From an uncultured Phycisphaerales bacterium (GTDB lineage Bacteria > Planctomycetota > Phycisphaerae > Sedimentisphaerales > Anaerobacaceae), in the NCBI GenBank assembly GCA_963772725.1, contig CAVYYI010000001.1, positions 768,001 through 832,000 on the forward strand: a DNA stretch of 64,000 nucleotides, given 5' to 3'. Positions within the stretch are counted from its first letter, which is position 1. Each line of letters starts with the position of its first letter. Below, piece by piece: positions 46,481 to 55,840 of the stretch. The notes below the pieces were generated by a model, which did not search any database, had not been told where the DNA came from, and was given only the letters and a program-made list of their open reading frames with translations. The translations under genes were made by a program, and so were the position numbers.

Positions 46481-46759
46481 TTAAGAAAATAAATTATTTT
46501 TTAGCTGCGATACTCGCCACATTCTTACCGGCCTGCCGTGCGGTCCCTTTATATTCACTCCAGCCTCAACAATCAGCCCCATCTTTCGCAGCTCCAGGAC
46601 GCGAGGGCATACGCAGTTTATCGGAAGCTCTGTATGCCAGGCGATTGCTTCATTACAGGTCTTGCCCAGGGCTTTTATCGAATTAAAAACTTTCCGCTGC
46701 CTGCTGCTTAATTTACTGGTAATTTGCTCGTAAGCAATCATAGAAGTATCCGTAATCAT
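46481..46759 (-). CDS. Provirus winged-helix DNA-binding protein
   Basis: RQRKVF..EAIA..INCVCPRVLELRKMGLI..GRPVRMW. Confidence 0.75.
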   Translation of the reverse strand: MITDTSMIAYEQITSKLSSRQRKVFNSIKALGKTCNEAIAWHTELPINCVCPRVLELRKMGLIVEAGVNIKGPHGRPVRMWRVSQLKNNLFS

Positions 46760-46932
46760 TTTTTCACCCCCTTATACTTCGCAACCTTTTTGGCCAGGTC
46801 CCCTGCCTTGCATCGAAAACATTCCATAAGCGTTATGATTTTCGCGTATGTAAGATTTTCGATGCTCTTGTCGATTTCGGGAATCGTTTTGCCGTCGATT
46901 TCCGCCATTATTTCTCCAAATTTCTCATCCAT
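46756..46932 (-). CDS. Provirus 58-aa hypothetical protein
   Basis: Read manually: MDEKFGEIMAEIDGKTIPEIDK...; ATGA overlap with the wHTH gene. Confidence 0.65.
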   Translation of the reverse strand: MDEKFGEIMAEIDGKTIPEIDKSIENLTYAKIITLMECFRCKAGDLAKKVAKYKGVKK

Positions 46933-46949
46933 AATTCGTCCCTTTTATT

Positions 46950-47543
46950 TTATACCTTTGTTATCTCCAAACTGTCCTGGCCGTCCTGCCAGGATATAAA
47001 CTCATATTGTTTGAGCTGCTCGAACATCGGAACTATTCTTTCACCGATAACCTGTTTGAAATAGTCAATATCCCGAGGCTCCGTTGTGTTAAAGATGCTC
47101 ATTTGCTTCGCTTGACTGGTAAGCAGCCTGGCAACCGATGCGGGCCGTTGTGTTACGCCGATTAATGTTATATCTCTGTGCCGGCCTCGCTGAATGAGCT
47201 GTCTGAAGGACTCATCGAGCGAGCTGCTGAGTACTCCGCAAAAGCAATCTATCTCTTCGACCTCAAAAGCCATGTTGCCGCAATTCCATATCAAATCGCA
47301 CACCTGGCTAAATTCAACTTCAGGATTAAGCGGCTGGTAAATGATTCTGAAATCACCGGCGTAAACCTTTTTCCAAAAAGCAGCAAGAGCAGGCAAGTTA
47401 TCAAAAACAACTCCCTCTGTATATTCGCCCAGGGTATCGAATACCAGGCTCCGCTTGTATTCGCGGAGTTTATGCCTGGCCAGGTAACTTTTGCCTGAGC
47501 CGCGCTTGCCGAAAATAAGCTCGATGATTTTTTCGTTTGTCAT
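46950..47543 (-). CDS. FtsK/HerA-superfamily (A32/P9-like) genome packaging ATPase
   Basis: Walker A GKRGSGKS, Walker B FEVEEID, arginine finger RGRH, sensor VTQRP; about 197 aa from MTNEK. Confidence 0.88.
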   Translation of the reverse strand: MTNEKIIELIFGKRGSGKSYLARHKLREYKRSLVFDTLGEYTEGVVFDNLPALAAFWKKVYAGDFRIIYQPLNPEVEFSQVCDLIWNCGNMAFEVEEIDCFCGVLSSSLDESFRQLIQRGRHRDITLIGVTQRPASVARLLTSQAKQMSIFNTTEPRDIDYFKQVIGERIVPMFEQLKQYEFISWQDGQDSLEITKV

Positions 47544-47683
47544 GCTAAACAACGTGAACATGTTTTAAGGATAGAAGAGCGAAAACCTATTCGTGCCATT
47601 TGGACATTTCCACATTCGAGGCAAGTAAATTTTATAGACCTCTTATACACCTTAATTATTTTATTTCTCTTAAATATTTTCAT
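47540..47683 (-). CDS. Provirus 47-aa zinc-ribbon protein
   Basis: Read manually: MKIFKRNK..CLECG..CSRC; ATGA overlap with the ATPase. Confidence 0.65.
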   Translation of the reverse strand: MKIFKRNKIIKVYKRSIKFTCLECGNVQMARIGFRSSILKTCSRCLA

Positions 47684-47685
47684 AA

Positions 47686-48297
47686 CTATTTTGCTTTCGG
47701 GTAATCAGAAACCGGCCCAGCTTGCGACGGAGTGGACGAATTCGAGGGAGTCTCCGCCGCAGAGGCTGAACCAGACACGGCTTGTTTCTTTTGGCCTCTT
47801 AATTCTGCCAGCAGCGTAAGCCGCGGCTTCATCACGTTATAAGTCGAACCCAGCAGACACAGCCACACGAAAGCGATCTCTGGTATCTTGCCAGGGAAAT
47901 AAAATTCAAGCAGCTGAGTTACGGGCAAAGCAAGCTCTTCGCCCTCTTCTTTTGTCAAGGCAAGTTTCGGCTGCTTAGTCGAAATAGACCACAACTCAAA
48001 CGGAATCTGGATAATCGGGATGAGCGTTTTATTAGCCACATCAGGCAGCCGATTGACAAGAGCTAAATCGTCCGTAACACCTTTAGGCCGGCCAGCTCCA
48101 GGTCTAGCACCGCCCCTGCCGTCCGGTTTATCTCCGCCAGCATCCGCGGCGGCAGGCTGCTGAGATAAACTATCCAACTTCGCTGCAAATTCAGGCTTCG
48201 CGGATGCCGGCGTCGGCTGAGTTAATGAAGTCTCGGCGGACCTCGTAGGTATTTTTTTAATTTTCTCTTTTTTACTCATCGTCCTCATCCTTGCCAA
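47686..48297 (-). CDS. Provirus protein with AT-hook-like motif and hydrophobic segment
   Basis: RGGARPGAGRPKG motif, disordered termini, IAFVWLCLLG; true start probably MSKKEK. Confidence 0.65.
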   Translation of the reverse strand: MARMRTMSKKEKIKKIPTRSAETSLTQPTPASAKPEFAAKLDSLSQQPAAADAGGDKPDGRGGARPGAGRPKGVTDDLALVNRLPDVANKTLIPIIQIPFELWSISTKQPKLALTKEEGEELALPVTQLLEFYFPGKIPEIAFVWLCLLGSTYNVMKPRLTLLAELRGQKKQAVSGSASAAETPSNSSTPSQAGPVSDYPKAK

Positions 48298-48580
48298 AAG
48301 TTATAAAGCCGTCCTCATCGTCATCATCACCAGGCTCATCTAAATCAGCGACCGGCGGGTCCGTAACATGGTTAGCCGGCGCCGGCTGCTTTAATTCGCG
48401 GCGGACATCCTCGAGGACGCGCTTGCTTATTTTTTCAAGCGGGTCCGTATCGATCACCTTCGCCGATCCGTCCGCCTCGATCTTGAATGCGGTGTTGCAG
48501 TGAAAGCAAATAATCTTGCCATTACCGGCATGAATATCCGACTTACCGCAATTCGGACAAAATTTAATTTCTGCTGCCAT
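48272..48580 (-). CDS. Provirus zinc-ribbon protein with acidic tail
   Basis: CPNC..CFHC; DDDDEDG..DEDDE C-terminus. Confidence 0.7.
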   Translation of the reverse strand: MAAEIKFCPNCGKSDIHAGNGKIICFHCNTAFKIEADGSAKVIDTDPLEKISKRVLEDVRRELKQPAPANHVTDPPVADLDEPGDDDDEDGFITFGKDEDDE

Positions 48581-48582
48581 GA

Positions 48583-48810
48583 TTACCTTCCCTTCTTTAA
48601 GAGTTCACAAATATCCTGAAGTGTATTTGCCATCGACTCTAAAGATTCGCAACGCCGCTCATCGCGGTTAATCGACTCCTTAAAAAAAGATTCCATTTTC
48701 CCCAAAAAATACATCTGAAATTCTTTACTCGTTACGTCTAAGGGCACAGGGAAAATATTATTTTGTTTTTTTTCTGCCCGCTTTTGTGTTGACTTCGGTT
48801 TCTTGCTCAC
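48583..48810 (-). CDS. Provirus hypothetical protein
   Basis: 75-aa ORF, GTG start overlapping the previous gene. Confidence 0.55.
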   Translation of the reverse strand: MSKKPKSTQKRAEKKQNNIFPVPLDVTSKEFQMYFLGKMESFFKESINRDERRCESLESMANTLQDICELLKKGR

Positions 48811-49249
48811 TGATAACTCCCTTCATTTGAAAAACTCTATATACTTTGGCGAAATGACCGCCCCACATGCTTTTGGATTTGCCGACGTAAACGATGCGAA
48901 TGAATTTGCCGACGAGCTGCTCGTTTTGGCTGAAGATTTTTTGGAGCTGCTTATTTGCGAAAAACTCTTCGACTTCGCCGCCGCCGTCCTTAACTACACC
49001 GCCCTGCTTTTTCTCATAGCATTCTATGCGAAAAGATTTTGTGCGTTTGATGGTATTATTTTGACGGCTACCGTAAAGAAATTTGCCGTAAAGAAAATCG
49101 CCGATCTCGCGAAAAATGAAAAATTCGCGACCAGAAGGAGTGAATGTTTTTGTGTAAAAATTGTCACCTAAAAGAAGAGTTTTGGTAAAACTTTCCGAAA
49201 CTTCTACTTCGCCCTGCTTAGGTCCGTCCATAACACCGTTCAAAACCAT
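48758..49249 (-). CDS. Putative OB-fold ssDNA-binding protein, first gene of the provirus
   Basis: FIFREIGDFLYGKF..GKFIRIVYVG..G..KVYRV pattern resembling small viral SSBs; not confirmed. Confidence 0.5.
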   Translation of the reverse strand: MVLNGVMDGPKQGEVEVSESFTKTLLLGDNFYTKTFTPSGREFFIFREIGDFLYGKFLYGSRQNNTIKRTKSFRIECYEKKQGGVVKDGGGEVEEFFANKQLQKIFSQNEQLVGKFIRIVYVGKSKSMWGGHFAKVYRVFQMKGVISEQETEVNTKAGRKKTK

Positions 49250-49267
49250 GAATTTGTCCCTAAATTC

Positions 49268-49295
49268 TGGATATTGAATATATGTTATGTTTCAT
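49268..49295 (+). other. dif-like site with degenerate XerC arm (attR)
   Basis: TGGATATTGAA-TATATG-TTATGTTTCAT. Confidence 0.8.
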
Positions 49296-49372
49296 TCAGG
49301 TTTTTCAGTTCAAAAGGCGATGCGTATGATAATTGCCGAAAATCTTCAATATTGAGTCAGTAATTAAGCTTT

Positions 49373-50952
49373 TTACAACTCTTTGCCGGCTAAATCGGCA
49401 AGATTATCCCACATAGCCGCCGCTTTATCCAGCAAGCCGAGGTTTTGCAGGATTATCGCAATATTAAATGTCGCATCCCCCGGCGTAAAAATATTTTCTA
49501 TATTATGTTCAAGGTTAATCAGAGAGGACGCAAATTTGATGCTGTCACAGTAAAGTAAAGCTGTCTTGTAATGCAATTCGAGCAATTCTTTGTTCGAGAC
49601 AATCCGGGCCGATTAAATTTTCCATCGCCGAATCTTTTTGCCCCATTTCAAGCAGACAAATCGCCAGTTTATTTCTTGCACGCGAAAAAGTAGGATTTAT
49701 CGCAAGGGCGTTTAACAATGCTGTCGCGGCGCTATCCAATGATTTTCCGTACATCAAAAGCAATCCGAGCCGATGATATAAATCCGGATTGCCTGGCTGA
49801 ACGGCAATTTGCCTCTGGTGGGCCGCAATTATATGCCCCATAAGTTCCTGTGAATTTACATCACAATCGGAACATAAATCGTTATTCCTGCAAATGGTAA
49901 ATTGCAATGCCGCAGTATGTGCGAAAAGGAGCAAACTATTTGACTGGATAGACGATGCCAAAGATAATGTTGAAAAAGCCTCCGCAATATTATTATTCAT
50001 CTTCTTGGCTATTGCCAAGCCGATATAGGCGTCAACTATACGTTCGTTTATCTCAATAGCCCTGTTGAACTGCCGGGCCGCGAATTCATGATGACCCATG
50101 CGCAAATATTGCGTCCCAAGTTTGATATTGGCCTCAAGAAATTCCGCAAAAGAATCTACCGTTTCCTCATATTGCTCCAGGGCTTCGCTTTCCGAACCGA
50201 GCATATTCAATACGTCTGCCCGCCTAAGCCGCAAATCAGGTCTTTCCGGCTCATCTTCCAGCAGTTCGTCAATCTTTTCTATGGCGTCGAGGTATTGCTG
50301 CTCCTCGATAAGTTCCTCAACCTCATCGTTATCAGCGTTAAAATTATCCGGGTGTATCAGGATTGCCGTATTGAATGTCTCGGCAGCGAGTCGCATATCG
50401 TCTATATGCTATATATAAATAACCAAGTAACACAAGAGACGTTACATCGTCGGGGTATTCCTGTTTAAGCAGCTCATACTGCTCAATGGCTTTTTCAAGT
50501 CTCCCGTTTTTCAGATATATCGCCGCAAGCCGCTGGCATGGAAACTGAAGATAATTCTTGAATTTCAGGCAGTCCTGATAAAACTCTATAGCTTCCTGCT
50601 CTTTCCCGAGCCGTTCATAACAATGCCCCATCGCGTAAAGCGCCATCGTGTTATTAGGCTGACGTGAATAAACCGACGTCAGCTCATCAATCGCGTTTTG
50701 TATCTGGCCTTGTCTGATACACAATGCCGCTGCCGCCATACGTCCGTTAATGCATAGTGAGTTCTCAAACAGATACAGCCTTAACTGCTGCTGTGCCGAA
50801 TCGAGCTTGTTATTGTCTATCAGATTGATTACCTGACTAAGCTGCGAATAAGAACCGCTGCCTGTTGCCCTTATGCTTTTTAACCCCTGCAGCATTAACG
50901 CGGACACATCTATCGTCATTCCCCTGCCGAGAATCTCCAGTAAAACGCTCAT
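49373..50952 (-). CDS. TPR-repeat protein, in three frameshifted pieces
   Basis: Repeated ALYAMG..A..Y..P, LGLL..A..ALAINP helical motifs across 50344..50952, 49545..50396, 49373..49585. Confidence 0.85.
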
Positions 50953-51115
50953 ACACCCTCGCTAATAGAGTATTAAATCAAACGTTCCTTATTTTCCTGC
51001 TGTTATATCGACAATTCGACCGGCATGGTTAATCTGCTGTGATAATTATCTCCCTCATCTTGCCCTGCCGCAAAACATCTTGCTTATGGGACGTTCCGAG
51101 CAAAGAACCACGAAC

Positions 51116-51871
51116 TTATTCCAGATGTACAACCCCCCTCTTTTTATCGGCTTCAATTTTGGCCTTTTTTATTATATCGTAAAGCTCACGAGCACCGCGT
51201 ATCTTCTTGAAAGCAAATTCCGCGTCGGTTTTATCGTTAGTAATCAGCACTACCGTCCCTATTCCGACAACGCAATCAAATACCGTCCGCCGAAGTTTCA
51301 TGTCAACAATCCTGAACATATCGAGGTTATCGACCCTTTTATCGAACACCCCCCTGCCCCACTCTATCCTGTCGGGCGTAATTTCATAATAAATGGTTTT
51401 AAGGCAGACCCATTTCCATGTTAGTACAATCGCTCCTCCCAGAACCGCACATAAGCCAATAAGAATACGCCAATGTCCCACAGTCGTAAGCAAAATGGTA
51501 TCCTTTTCCGCCGCACCGCTGACCATTTTCTCTATCGGAATCGCCATCAGCAGAATAGCCGCCGCAAGAAATATGCTTCCTTTGGTTATGACTGATGCCA
51601 TCGACCAGCCCGATGGCCGGCAGTGAAACAGTACACCCTGCCCGTTTTTAACATCTACACCTTCATTTGTGCTGGGGTTTTGGACAGTTTGAATTGCGAT
51701 GGCCTTTTCGGTATTGAGAAATTCGTTGCAGAATCGGCATTTTATCGCCTTAGCCTGTATTACCTCAGCACAGAATGGACATAATTTCGTCTGCTGTCCA
51801 GGCTCCTGCTCCGATTCTTTCACGGGAAAGCTGAATCGCGTTCCTTTGCCTTGTGTAGCATTATTTTCCAT
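51116..51871 (-). CDS. Membrane protein with zinc ribbon and bacterial PH domain
   Basis: CPFCAE..CRFC, two TMs, YEITPDRI..GVF..VGIGTV. Confidence 0.8.
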   Translation of the reverse strand: MENNATQGKGTRFSFPVKESEQEPGQQTKLCPFCAEVIQAKAIKCRFCNEFLNTEKAIAIQTVQNPSTNEGVDVKNGQGVLFHCRPSGWSMASVITKGSIFLAAAILLMAIPIEKMVSGAAEKDTILLTTVGHWRILIGLCAVLGGAIVLTWKWVCLKTIYYEITPDRIEWGRGVFDKRVDNLDMFRIVDMKLRRTVFDCVVGIGTVVLITNDKTDAEFAFKKIRGARELYDIIKKAKIEADKKRGVVHLE

Positions 51872-52080
51872 AGTAATATTATCGGAAACATTACCCCGAT
51901 TCCTGAAATATTTAGCTTATTCTCGTTTGCTCTACGCTATCCGCTTCTGCCGCAAAAATAATCAAATCGCCGGGTTGACATTACATTTCCGGTCGGCTAA
52001 AGTGAGGACAAAAGAAATTTTAATTGATGTTTTTTCGGCAGCGGCCACAGAAAATGCAGGATTACGAAAGGGACATACAA

Positions 52081-52653
52081 ATGGACTTAAAAGGCAGTCA
52101 GACTGAAAAGAATTTAATGACGGCGTTCGCGGGCGAATCCCAGGCACGCAACAGGTACACCTTTTTTGCAAGTCAGGCGAGAAAAGAAGGTTATGAGCAG
52201 ATAGCGGCCATCTTCGAAGAGACAGCGAACCAGGAAAAGGAACATGCCAAACGGGAATTCCAGTTCCTCCGGGGGGGCGAAGTTGAAATTACCGCGTCTT
52301 TTCCCGCAGGTGTCATTGGCACTACACTTGAGAACCTCAAAGAGGCGGCGGCGGGTGAACATTATGAAACAACGCAGATGTACCCCGCTTTTGCAGAAGC
52401 GGCATCCAAGGAAGGTTTTAAGGAAATCGCGGGCTTTTTCAGAAATATCGTCATTGCAGAAAACCGTCATAAGGAACGGTATCTGGCCCTCGCGAAGAAT
52501 CTTATCGAGAAAACTATTTTCAAGAGACCAAAAGCCGTGCGATGGGTCTGCCGGAATTGCGGTTACGTCTATGAAGGGACAGACGCACTGAAAACATGTC
52601 CCGTATGTGCGCATCCTCAAAGCTATTCTGAAATCGAGGCGATTAATTATTAA
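52081..52653 (+). CDS. rbr: Rubrerythrin
   Basis: AFAGESQARNRY, EKEHA, ENRH, CRNCG..CPVCAH. Confidence 0.95.
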   Translation: MDLKGSQTEKNLMTAFAGESQARNRYTFFASQARKEGYEQIAAIFEETANQEKEHAKREFQFLRGGEVEITASFPAGVIGTTLENLKEAAAGEHYETTQMYPAFAEAASKEGFKEIAGFFRNIVIAENRHKERYLALAKNLIEKTIFKRPKAVRWVCRNCGYVYEGTDALKTCPVCAHPQSYSEIEAINY

Positions 52654-52678
52654 TTACTTAAACTGAGTTATCGCCAAA

Positions 52679-52743
52679 TGTCATTCCAGCGTAAGCGGGA
52701 ATCCACTTTTCTGAAATGGATACCTGCTTTCGCAGATATGACA
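52679..52743. repeat. REP/RPE-like palindromic intergenic element, copy 1
   Basis: TGTCATTCCAGCGTAAGCGGGAATCCA..TGGATACCTGCTTTCGCAGATATGACA. Confidence 0.75.
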
Positions 52744-52934
52744 AGTCGAATCGGTCAGTTTGAATTATAGGCATTCCCCTAATCTCAAATCAGGGTTTTT
52801 ACTTATTGTAAGTTAAGCGGTTTTAGGGTAACAAAGGGGGAATGACAGGATTTACGCGACAAAAAGATGCTGTTAAGATAGTTTTGACAGCGGTTGTTTT
52901 ATGCTTTACGATTTTTAGCTGTAAGGAGAATCCC

Positions 52935-53450
52935 ATGAAAGAACGCAAAGGTCAAATAACATTCAAGGGCAACCCGTTAACGCTTTTAGGCGGCGAGTTG
53001 AAAACAGGTCAGCAGGCACCCGATTTTACGGTTATTGCCAACGATATGTCGGAGGTAAAATTTTCCTCCTTTGCTGGCAAGGTTTGCATTATTTGCTCGG
53101 TGCCGTCACTCGATACGCCTGTGTGCGATACCGAGACGCGAAGGTTTAATGAAGAGGCATCCAACCTGGGTGACAGCGTAAAGGTGCTGACAATCAGTAT
53201 GGATTTGCCCTTTGCCCAGAAGCGATGGTGCGGAGCGGCGGGCATCACCAATGTCCAGACCCTTTCCGACCATCGTGACGCCAATTTCGGTATGACCTAT
53301 GGCGTTTTGATTAAGGAACTCAGATTGCTGGCAAGAACTGTATTTGTCGTGGACAAAAACGGGAAAATCGCTTATATACAGATTGTAAAGGAAATGACCA
53401 GCGAGCCGGATTATCAGGCTGTCCTGGATGCCGCAAAAAAATTAATATAG
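52935..53450 (+). CDS. tpx: Thiol peroxidase
   Basis: TFKGNP, VPSLDTPVC, SMDLPFAQKRWC, EPDY; AAGGAG RBS before MKERK. Confidence 0.93.
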   Translation: MKERKGQITFKGNPLTLLGGELKTGQQAPDFTVIANDMSEVKFSSFAGKVCIICSVPSLDTPVCDTETRRFNEEASNLGDSVKVLTISMDLPFAQKRWCGAAGITNVQTLSDHRDANFGMTYGVLIKELRLLARTVFVVDKNGKIAYIQIVKEMTSEPDYQAVLDAAKKLI

Positions 53451-53475
53451 TGGTTTAAATAAAATAACAAAATAC

Positions 53476-53545
53476 TGTCATTCCCGCGAAAGCGGGAATC
53501 CAAAACAAATACAAAAACTGGATACCTGCTTTAGCAGGTATGACA
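53476..53545. repeat. REP/RPE-like palindromic intergenic element, copy 2
   Basis: TGTCATTCCCGCGAAAGCGGGAATCCA..TGGATACCTGCTTTAGCAGGTATGACA. Confidence 0.78.
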
Positions 53546-53556
53546 AAAGGGTAAAT

Positions 53557-54738
53557 ATGCGACAGATAAAACAAGACATATATGAAGTAGGCGCAATTGA
53601 CTGGGATAGAAGGTTATTTGACGAATTAGTTCCCCTGCCGGACGGCACAAGTTACAACGCTTACCTGATAAAAGGCTCTGAGAAAATCGCTTTACTCGAT
53701 ACGGTTGACCCGACAAAAACGTCCGTACTTATTGACAACCTTCTTAAATGCGGCATCGACAGAATCGATTACATAGTTTCCCATCACGCCGAGCAGGACC
53801 ACTCGGGAAGCATTCCAGAGGTCTTAATGCTTTACCCGCTGGCAAAAGTGGTGACGAATGACAAATGCAAAACTATGCTGATGGATATGCTCGAAATCAG
53901 CGAGAATAAATTTATTACCGTTCAAGATGGTGAGACTCTGTCACTGGGCAATAAAACTCTAAAGTTCATCTTTATCCCGTGGGTTCACTGGCCTGAGACT
54001 ATGGGAACATATCTGTCTGAAGACAAGATATTTTTCCCCTGCGATTTTTTCGGCTCTCACCTGGCAGCGAGCAATTTGTTTGTCGAAGATGAAACCGTTG
54101 TTTATGAGTCAGCAAAGCGGTATTACGCGGAAATAATGATGCCGTTTCGTGCAGCGATAAAAAAGAACCTCGAAAAAATTGCTCCGCTTGAAATCAAGAT
54201 AATCGCATCCAGTCACGGCCCCATTTATAACAAACCAGCCTTTATCATCGACGCTTACAAGGACTGGGCAAGCGACAATGTCAAAAACGAGGTGGTACTG
54301 CCTTACGTCTCAATGCACGGCAGCACACACAAAATGGTGGAATATTTAGTGGATTGCCTGATTGAACGAGGCATCACCGTAAAGCAGTTCAATTTGCCCG
54401 TAACAGACATCGGGAAGTTAGCCATATCGCTTGTGGATGCAGCCACGATTGTGATTGGCAGTCCGACTGTACTGGTCGGAGCACATCCGGCGGCGGCTTA
54501 TGCCTGCGTCTTGACAAACGCGCTCAGGCCCAAAGCTAAATTTGCTTCGATTATCGGTTCTTACGGCTGGGCAGGAAAAATGACCGAACAGCTCACAAGC
54601 TTAATTCCAAATCTGAAAGTGGAGTTAATCCCACCGGTCATAGCAAAAGGTTATCTAAAGGACGCTGATTTTGCGGCACTGGATAAGCTCGCCGATGAGA
54701 TTCTGGCTAAACATAAAGGACTTGGAATCAGCAATTAA
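53557..54738 (+). CDS. fprA: Flavodiiron protein (FprA family)
   Basis: [30 protein letters not shown], flavodoxin SMHGST, GSYGW. Confidence 0.93.
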   Translation: MRQIKQDIYEVGAIDWDRRLFDELVPLPDGTSYNAYLIKGSEKIALLDTVDPTKTSVLIDNLLKCGIDRIDYIVSHHAEQDHSGSIPEVLMLYPLAKVVTNDKCKTMLMDMLEISENKFITVQDGETLSLGNKTLKFIFIPWVHWPETMGTYLSEDKIFFPCDFFGSHLAASNLFVEDETVVYESAKRYYAEIMMPFRAAIKKNLEKIAPLEIKIIASSHGPIYNKPAFIIDAYKDWASDNVKNEVVLPYVSMHGSTHKMVEYLVDCLIERGITVKQFNLPVTDIGKLAISLVDAATIVIGSPTVLVGAHPAAAYACVLTNALRPKAKFASIIGSYGWAGKMTEQLTSLIPNLKVELIPPVIAKGYLKDADFAALDKLADEILAKHKGLGISN

Positions 54739-54751
54739 AAAAGGAGTAATT

Positions 54752-55126
54752 ATGGCGAAAAAACTGGATGTTTACAAGTGTATGGTCTGTGGTATTCTCG
54801 TTGAAGTTCTTCACGGTGGTGACGGAGAAATGGTGTGCTGCGGCCAGCCGATGAGAAATATGACCGCTAACACTACCGACGCGGCCAAAGAAAAACATGT
54901 ACCGGTAATTGAAAAAGCTGATGGCATTATTAAAGTCAAGGTCGGCAGCATAGCGCATCCGATGGAGGAAAAACACTTTATCGAATGGATTGAACTGCTC
55001 GCCGACGGTAAGGCGTATCGGCAGTTTCTAAAGCCGGGTGATGCCCCTGAAGCAATTTTTAATATCACGGCCGATGTTGCCGAAGCACGGGAACATTGTA
55101 ACATTCACGGAATGTGGAAAGGATAG
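54752..55126 (+). CDS. dfx: Desulfoferrodoxin (2Fe superoxide reductase)
   Basis: CMVC..CCG, EKHVP, HPM..H, CNIHG. Confidence 0.95.
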   Translation: MAKKLDVYKCMVCGILVEVLHGGDGEMVCCGQPMRNMTANTTDAAKEKHVPVIEKADGIIKVKVGSIAHPMEEKHFIEWIELLADGKAYRQFLKPGDAPEAIFNITADVAEAREHCNIHGMWKG

Positions 55127-55129
55127 TAT

Positions 55130-55624
55130 ATGGCCATCACTTTTAACGCTGATGAAGTCTTTGAAATGGCGGAAGAAATTGAACGTAACGCTGCTGCCTT
55201 TTACCGCGAGGCGGCTAAGATTACTAAAGATAAAGACACAAATAAAATGCTGCTCGATTTGGCTTCAATGGAAGACGGCCATATGATTATTTTTAAGGAG
55301 ATGCGTCTTCATCTGACTGGCGAAGAAAAGGAACGTACTACCTTTGACCCCGATAATGAGGCCGCGATGTATCTGCAAACAATGGCAGATATTCACGGCA
55401 CAGAAGGGAAAATAAGCCGGACAAAGAAATTAACCGGAACAGAATCGACAGAAGAAATTTTGAAGATTGCCCTGAATTCTGAAAAGGATTCGGTGGTTTT
55501 TTATTGCGGTTTACGCAACTATGTCTCCGACAAGGCAGGCAGTGACAAACTTGCAGCGATTGTCCGCGAGGAAATCAGTCATATAACCGCGATAAATAAA
55601 AAATTAATAGCATTAAAAAAATAA
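55130..55624 (+). CDS. Ferritin-like/rubrerythrin diiron protein
   Basis: IE..FY, EDGH, EKDS..FY, EEISH. Confidence 0.85.
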   Translation: MAITFNADEVFEMAEEIERNAAAFYREAAKITKDKDTNKMLLDLASMEDGHMIIFKEMRLHLTGEEKERTTFDPDNEAAMYLQTMADIHGTEGKISRTKKLTGTESTEEILKIALNSEKDSVVFYCGLRNYVSDKAGSDKLAAIVREEISHITAINKKLIALKK

Positions 55625-55647
55625 CGGATTTTGGAGTCAATATACAA

Positions 55648-55812
55648 ATGAAAAAATACAGATGTTTGGTTTGTGGATATATCTATGACCCTGCGATAGG
55701 CGACCCGGATAACGGAGTAAAAGCCGGTACCGCCTTTGAAAACCTGCCCGCAGGTTGGGTGTGTCCCGAATGCGGCGTCGGAACGGACGAATTTGAACCC
55801 GTTAACGATTAA
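55648..55812 (+). CDS. Rubredoxin
   Basis: Read manually: [29 protein letters not shown]. Confidence 0.95.
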   Translation: MKKYRCLVCGYIYDPAIGDPDNGVKAGTAFENLPAGWVCPECGVGTDEFEPVND

Positions 55813-55840
55813 ATAGTTTAATCAGTTTGAGTAAGGGGGT

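Larger units (their letters stand above)
38511..49295 (-). mobile_element. Provirus of a tailless double-jelly-roll virus integrated at dif (10757 bp between repeats)
   Basis: 18-bp direct repeat AATATATGTTATGTTTCA (38520-37, 49277-94); about 25 co-oriented short genes including capsid-like protein and packaging ATPase; host genes resume on both sides. Confidence 0.9.

Noticed and set aside
46950..47543. ATPase as a Zot/pI protein of a filamentous phage, which would fit dif integration
   Set aside because: It is short with no TM or C-terminal extension, and the element encodes a 329-aa beta-rich capsid candidate rather than relying on a ~50-aa helical coat; the double-jelly-roll reading fits better
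52842..52934. Lipoprotein-like N-terminal extension on Tpx
   Set aside because: A strong AAGGAG RBS precedes the internal ATG at 52935, which matches normal Tpx length; extension unproven
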